Source of the DNA: a virus
Length of the DNA: 64,000 bases
Virus record (IMG/VR): IMGVR_UViG_3300042296_000700
Location: 32,001 to 96,000 of that record
Reading direction: 5' to 3' (one strand)
The notes beneath the pieces were generated by a model. The model did no database searches. It worked only from the letters and a program-made list of their open reading frames with translations, and was not told the origin of the DNA. The translations under genes and the position numbers were made by a program. Of the stretch, positions 1 through 7,574 are shown in pieces. Within the stretch, counting starts at the first letter, position 1. The number at the start of each line of letters is the position of its first letter.

Positions 1-677
1 CGTGGAAGTTTGGGTTTGCTGTTTAACCGCCGTGCTGCGCCGAGCGCAACACCGAGGGCAGAAGGAATATCAAACAACTGTGCACCACATGTTGAATAGC
101 GAGAATCAGTAAATCGTCCACCAAACTGAAATCCTGCAGGACAACGAAATCCTCGTGTCGGTTTTGGTACAACACGGCGAATCTTGCCTAATCCTGGCAC
201 GTTTCCACCAGGAACTAGAGCGGAGTAAACGCGGGAGCGAATCGGGCTGCGAATTCCTGATAGGTCACCAGGTAGGGCGATTGTGCCCGCTGCCTGAATG
301 TTTTGACCAAGAGCGCCACTGGAACCAATCACACCAACTTTGACGCTTACCGATGAACCCATGCGGTTGCGGGTTGGCGTGGAGAATGCTGCTGCCTTAA
401 AGTTGACGACGTTGCGTTCAGTCCCACTTAAATGTTGGTGCATTGCGAGGGACATTGATTTGACGTACGGTTCAAGCGGGCGCTTCTGTGCTGTAAAGTA
501 TTCGCCGTTTTCAATACGTGTACGTGTTACCTGAGACTTTGTACTACTTGGGTTAAATGGAATCTTGATATAACCATCGCCGTCAACAACCGTACGAACA
601 AAAGAACTGTCTTTACGCAGCAAAGGGCGCTGATGTCGCAAAAAACTATTTATTGAACTTTTGCTATCAACGCTCAT
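1..677 (-). CDS. Head-operon protein, runs off the left edge (>225 aa)
   Basis: Not in the ORF track. Read manually from ATG at 677 (MSVDSKSSINSFLRHQRPLL...), open to position 1; contains RCPAGFQFGGRFTDSRYSTC. Confidence 0.8.
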   Translation of the reverse strand, partial: MSVDSKSSINSFLRHQRPLLRKDSSFVRTVVDGDGYIKIPFNPSSTKSQVTRTRIENGEYFTAQKRPLEPYVKSMSLAMHQHLSGTERNVVNFKAAAFSTPTRNRMGSSVSVKVGVIGSSGALGQNIQAAGTIALPGDLSGIRSPIRSRVYSALVPGGNVPGLGKIRRVVPKPTRGFRCPAGFQFGGRFTDSRYSTCGAQLFDIPSALGVALGAARRLNSKPKLP

Positions 678-1128
678 ACAGTGCTGTCCTTAGTCGTTTC
701 TGCTCATTTACTACCCGACTATTTGTCTCAGCATTCAAATCAGTCGCAGTTGGTGACATCTTTTGTTTATTGCCATATATGTCTTCTGGCTTTACCCCTA
801 CACTTGTAAGGATATCAGGGCTTATGGGCTTGGAGCGGGTAGAAAACATGGCTATCCAAGTTTCTGTATCCATCTTTTCTGAGCGTGAAGACATTTCCCA
901 AAACTGCTTGTGGAACTCGGTTGTTTCTATTAACCGCCATTCGTCAAGTTTTGTTTGAATTCCGCCATCGTTTAGGTGAAAGTATAAAGCGTAAACTTTA
1001 ATCGGTGTATCCACGCCGCCCTCAGAAAAATAGCCGTCGTAGTTTGATGACTTTGGCTTTAGGCACGTATAAATAATTGCTTTGTCTACTACTGCGACTG
1101 GTATGGGGAATTCTTTTTTGTCAATCAT
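667..1128 (-). CDS. Hypothetical protein, head operon (153 aa)
   Basis: ORF 667..1266 re-started at ATG 1128 (MIDKKEFPIP), immediately after the upstream stop at 1130. Confidence 0.7.
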   Translation of the reverse strand: MIDKKEFPIPVAVVDKAIIYTCLKPKSSNYDGYFSEGGVDTPIKVYALYFHLNDGGIQTKLDEWRLIETTEFHKQFWEMSSRSEKMDTETWIAMFSTRSKPISPDILTSVGVKPEDIYGNKQKMSPTATDLNAETNSRVVNEQKRLRTALYER

Positions 1129-1129
1129 C

Positions 1130-3511
1130 TTACGAAACACTTTCCTCGTCTGGCGTTGACGGAGCGGACGCCCATCGGATTTGTTGCTGAACGTCTTCAA
1201 GCAACTGTTTACGCACGCGTGCCCCCCAAATGTCGGTAATGCGGTCTCCAGCCTTGCCACCGTCATATTTTGTTGGGTCTCCTAAATCAAGACCATCATA
1301 AGAACCAAAAATGACTTTAGCATTCGGAGCCTTTTCGGCGACCAATGAAGTAATTCGCTCCATTTCCATGGCAGATATCAAACCATTGAGTTTTAACTCA
1401 TCTCTCATTGCAGAAGCCTGATTCTTGGTATTATCTGGTTGAGCGTTTGTTACCTTCCATCCAGAAATTTTTGCACGTGCAACTTCTATCTCGCCCATTG
1501 TGAAACCTGCGGCAAGCAACTGTTCAGTAGAAAGATGCTGGTCTTCAATTTTTTGAATCAATTCTGCGCCATCAACGCCGTTGGGGTTAAACTGGTTTTT
1601 GTAAGTTGGGAACAATTTCGTTGCATCAAGTTTGATTTCCTTAATGTCTTGAGCGGTGAATCCTCCAAGTATTTGTGATTCCGTAAATTGACCATTTTGT
1701 TCTAGTCCACTTTTATTCCAGTTAACAAAATCTTGCGTAACGTGGGTTCGTAATAGGCGATTGATGTTGTCGTTCATGTCGCTGCTGTCCAAGTGACCAG
1801 CGATTGATTCAATTAGTTCCTCGTCTGATGCGCCAACTGCCGCAGTGCCTCTTGCTTGATTAAGGATGCTGTCCTTATGGTGAATTGTTGTCCTATCGGC
1901 AACCTCTGGGTGAAGTACAAATTCCATGTCTCCATAGCCGATTCCATTTCCAGCAAATGCACCTACAAACTCGTCAGTAACCCCTGCTGCACCCCTACCA
2001 GGAATGGTCAAGTAGTGGTCTGTGGTGAATAGTTCCATTCCTTCTTTTGCGTTGTTCTCATCTGTGATTCGTTTTAACTCGTCGTCCCAGAAAGTAAAGC
2101 GACTAAAACCGTATACAGGGCGAACACCAGAACCGTGTACTGCTCCGACACTTGCTTCATATTGTCCACGGCTGCCAAGTAGTGATGACATAGCATCACC
2201 AACCTTGGCATCAGTTTTGACTTCCATCGGAAGGTAGCCATCTGTTAAATATGCTTCTAAATGTTGCCCTTTAGCCCACACTGAGGCTTCAGGTTTGCGG
2301 GCTTTTGCAATCGTTAATGCAGTCTGTTCTATCGCTGCAATTACTTCATCATCAGTGTGCGTGAGGATAAATTCATGCGTTTTGGGGTCTATAACTTTGT
2401 CAAATGGAAGTCCATTTATGTCGGTCTGGATGCCTGATTCAATCATGCTGCGAAGGTCGGAAACCTTTTCTGCCATCATTGTCCTGCGTTGCGTCTGTCG
2501 TTCTTTCAGAGTCAAAATGGCTTTACCTGCATAGAAGCCAGAATCATTTATTGCTTTAATGTCCTCATCCGTAGGCTTGCCCCACTTCGGAGCCTTGGCG
2601 AGAACCTCGGCATTGAAGTCTTTGATTTGTGCAGATGTTGCGTGCTCAGCACTTGGAAGTCCGAGTAAGTCTGAAGAATCGGTAAGTTTCCCAACAGCAC
2701 GGTCAACAGCAGTGGGCTCGTTAGCGTTAATGCCTCTAAAACGTTCTTTTGTTGACTTAATAACATCGTTGAATGAACCTTGCATCTTTTCTGAAAGTTC
2801 GCCACCCTTAATACGGAGACGTTTCATTCTTTCGGCAAATGCCTCCTGATATTCGTCAACCTGTTCTTTGGTTTTGTTCCACTTTTCTTTAGCGTTTGCT
2901 AACGCCACCTTGACAGGCACCATGCCACCAGTAACAAATATGCTCGTCAACATTTCAATACCTTCGTTGGTATCAGAGTCACCACTGGCACCAGTGAAGT
3001 CATTTATCATGCTGCCAATGTCGCCGAAATTGCCAAAAAAAGTGCCCCAGTAAGCCGTAGCCCAAGCAAGTTTTTTCACTATCGCTTTTTGTTCAGGAGT
3101 TAAGCGTCGCTTGTCTTTTTCAAGCGTGTCATCAATATCAATACCAAGCGCCCTGAACTCTGCAATAAGTTTAGGTGACGTCTTGCTAGGCACGAGACTT
3201 GATGCTGCTTGGGCGGCAGCATTCGCCACTGTTTCTGCACTTGGAACCATACAGTTAGACATCTGCATGTCGGTAAACTGGTTAGCATTCGGCGTTCCTG
3301 GCGGACACCGCATTTTGCCATTCTCGTCAATAATGATTCCAGCACGACGAGCAGCATGCTGTCCCACTGAAGGAAGTTTATCGTTGTCGCGAACGGTAGG
3401 TCCAAGGAAACCTTTCACCATTACACTTGTGCGGACAACAGAAACTGCTGACGTGAAACCGTCAATACGTTCGTTCGCTATGTCAGGGAGTGACCTCATA
3501 GTCACGGGCAC
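1130..3511 (-). CDS. Large putative internal/minor head protein with DUF3626-like C-terminal domain
   Basis: 793 aa, GGAGG before the GTG start. N-terminal RCPPGTPNANQFTD motif. C-terminal RPVYG...YGDMEFVLHPEVADRTT...DS...FTESQILGG..DIKEI resembles the DUF3626 pattern from memory. Confidence 0.55.
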   Translation of the reverse strand: MPVTMRSLPDIANERIDGFTSAVSVVRTSVMVKGFLGPTVRDNDKLPSVGQHAARRAGIIIDENGKMRCPPGTPNANQFTDMQMSNCMVPSAETVANAAAQAASSLVPSKTSPKLIAEFRALGIDIDDTLEKDKRRLTPEQKAIVKKLAWATAYWGTFFGNFGDIGSMINDFTGASGDSDTNEGIEMLTSIFVTGGMVPVKVALANAKEKWNKTKEQVDEYQEAFAERMKRLRIKGGELSEKMQGSFNDVIKSTKERFRGINANEPTAVDRAVGKLTDSSDLLGLPSAEHATSAQIKDFNAEVLAKAPKWGKPTDEDIKAINDSGFYAGKAILTLKERQTQRRTMMAEKVSDLRSMIESGIQTDINGLPFDKVIDPKTHEFILTHTDDEVIAAIEQTALTIAKARKPEASVWAKGQHLEAYLTDGYLPMEVKTDAKVGDAMSSLLGSRGQYEASVGAVHGSGVRPVYGFSRFTFWDDELKRITDENNAKEGMELFTTDHYLTIPGRGAAGVTDEFVGAFAGNGIGYGDMEFVLHPEVADRTTIHHKDSILNQARGTAAVGASDEELIESIAGHLDSSDMNDNINRLLRTHVTQDFVNWNKSGLEQNGQFTESQILGGFTAQDIKEIKLDATKLFPTYKNQFNPNGVDGAELIQKIEDQHLSTEQLLAAGFTMGEIEVARAKISGWKVTNAQPDNTKNQASAMRDELKLNGLISAMEMERITSLVAEKAPNAKVIFGSYDGLDLGDPTKYDGGKAGDRITDIWGARVRKQLLEDVQQQIRWASAPSTPDEESVS

Positions 3512-3522
3512 CTCCCGGTGAA

Positions 3523-3753
3523 TTATTCAGCCTCTGCTGCTGGCTCTTCTTTGGCGACTTCAGGTTCAGCAGCAACTTCCTCTGCTGCGACTGGTGCTTC
3601 TTCTTCTTTGACGGCTGCTTCGGTCTTCTTGCTTGCTCGCTTAGATACCTTTTCAACTGCTGGCTCTTCAACGACTTCTGCAATCACTGGGGCTTCTACT
3701 GACTTGTTGTAAACAACGAATCCAGAATCGCTTGGTTGATTAACTTTTTTCAC
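3523..3753 (-). CDS. Small acidic E/A/K-rich low-complexity protein
   Basis: Probable GTG start at 3753 just after the stop at 3755; product VVEEPAVEKVSKRASKK...EEPAAEAE. Confidence 0.65.
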   Translation of the reverse strand: MKKVNQPSDSGFVVYNKSVEAPVIAEVVEEPAVEKVSKRASKKTEAAVKEEEAPVAAEEVAAEPEVAKEEPAAEAE

Positions 3754-3754
3754 C

Positions 3755-5110
3755 TTAGATTCCTTCCTCAATTGTGAGCATTTCAAATTCAAGCAAGTCT
3801 GCAAGGAGTTTTGTTGCTTCTGCATCTTCTGCTGACTTTTCGCCTTCAGCCATCTCTTCTTTAGGCTTTTCGGCTTCTTCGTCCCAACTGTCAGGAATCA
3901 TGTCTTCCTTGCCAAGTTCCTTAGCGCGCTTCTGGCAGTGCATTTTCACTTCATCAGGGTTGGAAGCCCGACCGACAGCCATGATTGCATTCTTCAAGTC
4001 TTCTTCATCCTTGATTGGATAAGAGCCATCAGGCATAGCCATTCCGCCCTTAGCCATTTCCATGCGCTCTTCGTCGCCATACATTGCTTTCAATGCGAGG
4101 TCAGCGACTTCTGCGTCAATGTCTTCTGCTTCACTGGCGTCATATTCATCCCAACCAAGGACTTCACCGTCAAGGCTAACGAACACGTCGTATGACTTTC
4201 CGTCGTCTCCTTCAACTTCAACAGCGTAAGCGTCGTAGCCTTCAAACATGTCGGCATCAACACTGATGACTTCGCCTTCAATGCTCTTAACGGCGATGTC
4301 TGCTGCTTCGTTGAATGAAATAACTCTTTCTCCAGCAATTTCAGCGACTTCTCCAAGAACTTTTTCGTTGAGGAGATGCCAGCCCATTACTTCGCCAGAT
4401 GTTCCGTCAAAGAAAATTTCTACTGGCTTGCCATCTTTGCGTTGAACGTCAACGATGAAAATGTCTGTTTCGTCTGCGTATGCAGAGTCAAGAACTTTTC
4501 CTGAGAACATGTCTTCTGCGATGCCTTCAACTTCAAGTAGTGATGGCATGTCTGCTTCTGAGGCACATCCACCAGGGCATTGTGCACAAACTTGGGAATT
4601 TCCAGCAAGCATTTTGCGTTCAAATGCGCAAACAAATGCGTCGTCATCAAATTCGCCAGACTTTACGCCCATGGTTTCCATGCGCTTCTTGCGTGCCTTC
4701 TTGCGCTTTGCAATAGGGTCGGAATCCAGTTCGTCTTCAACGTCTGATGCCATGCTCTCCATTGGCGACATGCCACCTTTTACTTCAGGAGTTTCTGCTG
4801 TGACCCAGTCTTCTGACTTGGCAGCAATGGTTTCTGCGGCAGCACCACATTTCCCACACACCTTCTGACCAGGCTTGTAACCGCACTCAGAAATAGGTAG
4901 AGCCTTAGCGCACTTGATAGTACCGTCGGCGAGTAGTTGAACAATCGGCTTATCTGCCATTTCGTCTTTCTCCTTGTATTGCATGGTTGATGTTAGGCAG
5001 CCACTTGGTTTTGTGCATCCAGAACATGGTGCCATGCGTTTTTCGCCTGAGACCATGCAACTGTATTTTGTTGAAACTTTGGGTAATCCGTTTTGTGAAG
5101 TATAACTCAT
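3755..5110 (-). CDS. Cys-rich protein with two PepSY-like domains and a C-terminal AMPDGSYPI domain (head assembly accessory)
   Basis: ISFNEAADIAVKSIEGEVISVD...YAVEV...GKSYDVFVSLDGEVL and a preceding repeat match PepSY. Several CxxC clusters. AMPDGSYPI...DLKNAI.AVGRA...RAKELG...IPDSW resembles a domain of phage head proteins. Confidence 0.65.
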   Translation of the reverse strand: MSYTSQNGLPKVSTKYSCMVSGEKRMAPCSGCTKPSGCLTSTMQYKEKDEMADKPIVQLLADGTIKCAKALPISECGYKPGQKVCGKCGAAAETIAAKSEDWVTAETPEVKGGMSPMESMASDVEDELDSDPIAKRKKARKKRMETMGVKSGEFDDDAFVCAFERKMLAGNSQVCAQCPGGCASEADMPSLLEVEGIAEDMFSGKVLDSAYADETDIFIVDVQRKDGKPVEIFFDGTSGEVMGWHLLNEKVLGEVAEIAGERVISFNEAADIAVKSIEGEVISVDADMFEGYDAYAVEVEGDDGKSYDVFVSLDGEVLGWDEYDASEAEDIDAEVADLALKAMYGDEERMEMAKGGMAMPDGSYPIKDEEDLKNAIMAVGRASNPDEVKMHCQKRAKELGKEDMIPDSWDEEAEKPKEEMAEGEKSAEDAEATKLLADLLEFEMLTIEEGI

Positions 5111-5125
5111 TGTTGCACTCCTATA

Positions 5126-7156
5126 TTACCCGTTTATTGACTTATATCCATTAACTGCCGCATTTATTGCTTCAGTTGCTGACGTGGTTAGACCGCTCAA
5201 ATGAATGCCTTCATCATCAATATAACTATGGATGTTGTGGTATTCAAGCACTGGGTCAATTAATGATTTAACTTCAAACATTTCGTCAATTGCTAACGAG
5301 ATTGTTGCTGAGTCGTATTTGACTTCAACTTCTACCCCGCCAGCGGAACTGATGACTTCTTGGAGCATTACGAGCATGTCTTTGAGTTTCTTCAAGTTAC
5401 GGTTATTGAGTACGCGACCAGCCTTGGTCTCCATCTCATAACTCAATGACTTTTCAAGAGCAGTCATTGCTTGAATCATGCCGATTGCTGGCTTGTCAGT
5501 TCCGCACGACCCTGCGCCTCCGCAGCCGCATCCGCAATCACCATGGTCGTCATCGTCATCATTGCGACGAATGTGGACTACCAAGGTGCGACCTTTGCTT
5601 TCGTCATCAGATTCACCGTAGTGTTCCCAGTTTGACTTCTCTCCAATGAATTTAACGAATTCTGGCTGAGCATCAAGGAACTCCTTGAGATACATCATTG
5701 CCTTTTCCTCAACTTCTTGAGGAGGAACGCCGCTCAAGTCATCTTCGCCTTCGCCCAGTCCCATGGTTTTGCCATCGGGAATCTTGTCAAGACGTGCACT
5801 CCATTCGCTGTCATTCCAAATTGAGCCATTAGAAACGCCGCGAATCTTGTTACGGCAGTTCTTCATGCCGGGGTGATGGCATCCCTCGTTCGGCCAAAGT
5901 CCAGTTGTTTCATGGTGAAGCCAAGCACAAATGTTGTTCAATGGATATAGTTCTGGGTGGTCTGCAAGGATTACTTTGCAACGCCTAAATCCGCCTGGTT
6001 TCTTCATGATTGGACGCCAATACTTAAGCAATGCCTCAAGGTTTCCGCGACGAGGACCGTATCCACGCATAACATCGCCAGTAACCCGTTCTTGGGGGAG
6101 GGCGTCTGGAGGAATTGGTGCCTTGACTTCTTCTTCAACCTCTCCAAGTTCACTAGATTCTTTGCCACTCATGCAGCCACACTTGCAGGCTTCGTACTTT
6201 GGCTTTACGCCTTCTGGAACCATCGGGTTCTTGTCCATATCGTAGTTTGACTCGTATGGATTCTGACCTTCATTGTGGTTTGCTGCTGGATTCTTGCCCG
6301 CTTCGTTTTCGTTTGCTGGGAGGTAGACCATCTGTGGTCGGACGGCAACTGGTGTGCCAAACATGAACTCGTCACCGTCAAAATGGTAGGTGACGCGCAT
6401 TGTCGTCGGTTCTTCGTTGCCTTTTTTGTGGTCAAAAATGACCATGTTCTCTTCTGCTGAACGGACTCGTACGGCACCACCGAAGCGTGTTGCGAGGGCG
6501 CGACTAAGGTTCGCCATGCGACCCATTGCAGGGTTCATTGCTGGCACACCACCGTCTTCGCCACGAGGACCAGAGTAGTCAGCCTCGTTATTGTCTGCTT
6601 CGTAGATTTTTACACTTGGCTGTGTTTGTGCGTGCTTGATAGAGATTGTTCCAGTTAACTGGTTTGCTCCGTGGAGAACAGGGCTGACTTCGTAGAGTTC
6701 TACCTCTTTGAGAATGTTCGCTTGGCGCGATGAGTCATATTCAGCATCAAGGGTTTTGTATCCGATAGACCATTCTTGTTCTGTGCCAAAGAATGAGATG
6801 TCAAGGAATGCTTGTTTGCCGCGCTCAGATTTCAAGTTGAATTGGACGCGAGCGTAAAGTCCACCAATTCCAGCACGCTTCATTTTCATTGGCAGGCGCG
6901 GGTCGTTTGGGTTTACTTCGTAAATTTCAATAACTTTGCCGATTGGCTCGTTCCAATTATGTCCCCAAACAACTCGTGGTTTACGGCGTTTGAGACTTTC
7001 AGTAAAGCAGCCTGGTGCACAAATGTCACCAACACCGTCTTTGTTGCCAAGACCAGCAACGAAACATTCAACTATGCCCTGCGCCTCGTCTACATTGATT
7101 TGACCATTGTCAATCGCTTTGTATTCTGTTGCAGTGATTTCTTGCAGTTGCGGCAT
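5126..7156 (-). CDS. HK97-family prohead protease (S78) with long C-terminal extension
   Basis: GNKDGVGDI..PGCF..SL, WGHNWNEPIG (His), EWSIGY (Ser), LYEVSPVLHGAN; about 500 extra aa including KAGRVL..RN. Confidence 0.92.
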   Translation of the reverse strand: MPQLQEITATEYKAIDNGQINVDEAQGIVECFVAGLGNKDGVGDICAPGCFTESLKRRKPRVVWGHNWNEPIGKVIEIYEVNPNDPRLPMKMKRAGIGGLYARVQFNLKSERGKQAFLDISFFGTEQEWSIGYKTLDAEYDSSRQANILKEVELYEVSPVLHGANQLTGTISIKHAQTQPSVKIYEADNNEADYSGPRGEDGGVPAMNPAMGRMANLSRALATRFGGAVRVRSAEENMVIFDHKKGNEEPTTMRVTYHFDGDEFMFGTPVAVRPQMVYLPANENEAGKNPAANHNEGQNPYESNYDMDKNPMVPEGVKPKYEACKCGCMSGKESSELGEVEEEVKAPIPPDALPQERVTGDVMRGYGPRRGNLEALLKYWRPIMKKPGGFRRCKVILADHPELYPLNNICAWLHHETTGLWPNEGCHHPGMKNCRNKIRGVSNGSIWNDSEWSARLDKIPDGKTMGLGEGEDDLSGVPPQEVEEKAMMYLKEFLDAQPEFVKFIGEKSNWEHYGESDDESKGRTLVVHIRRNDDDDDHGDCGCGCGGAGSCGTDKPAIGMIQAMTALEKSLSYEMETKAGRVLNNRNLKKLKDMLVMLQEVISSAGGVEVEVKYDSATISLAIDEMFEVKSLIDPVLEYHNIHSYIDDEGIHLSGLTTSATEAINAAVNGYKSING

Positions 7157-7239
7157 TGCAGACTCCGTTGCTTAGCGTGTTGATACAACAATAAACTACA
7201 TAATCGTTTTGTGCGTGCAACTATCTTGCTAAATGTCGC

Positions 7240-7250
7240 AGGTTTCAGTA
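7240..7250 (-). promoter_or_regulatory. TACTGAAACCT motif copy 1, inside hairpin CAGGTTTCAGTAAACCTG (7239-7256)
   Basis: Identical 11-mer also at 11334-11344 (+) and 63086-63096 (-); each is intergenic and oriented with the downstream gene. Confidence 0.45.
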
Positions 7251-7256
7251 AACCTG

Positions 7257-7574
7257 TTAAGCGACTTTCAGTAAAGTCTTAATCTTTTGGACTAGAGCGT
7301 TCTTCGCAGTTGCGCCGATGACCGACCCAACTGGTTCCCCATCCTTGAACATAATCATGTTTGGGATGCTCATAATGTTATTGGAAGAAGCAAGTTTAGG
7401 GAAATCGTCAATATTTACTTTGAAAAACTTGACTGTTGGTAACTCTTCAGAAACACCAATCAGAATTGGTTCCATCATTTTGCATGGAGCGCACCATTCT
7501 GCCCAAAAGTCAACAAACGCATAACCCGAAGAGATTGATTCCTTAAAATTGGACTCATTCAAATCTTTTATCAT
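7257..7574 (-). CDS. trxA: Thioredoxin
   Basis: FVDFWAEWCAPCKMM active site and SIPNM..FKDG; ATG at 7574 overlaps the portal stop (TGATG). Confidence 0.93.
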   Translation of the reverse strand: MIKDLNESNFKESISSGYAFVDFWAEWCAPCKMMEPILIGVSEELPTVKFFKVNIDDFPKLASSNNIMSIPNMIMFKDGEPVGSVIGATAKNALVQKIKTLLKVA

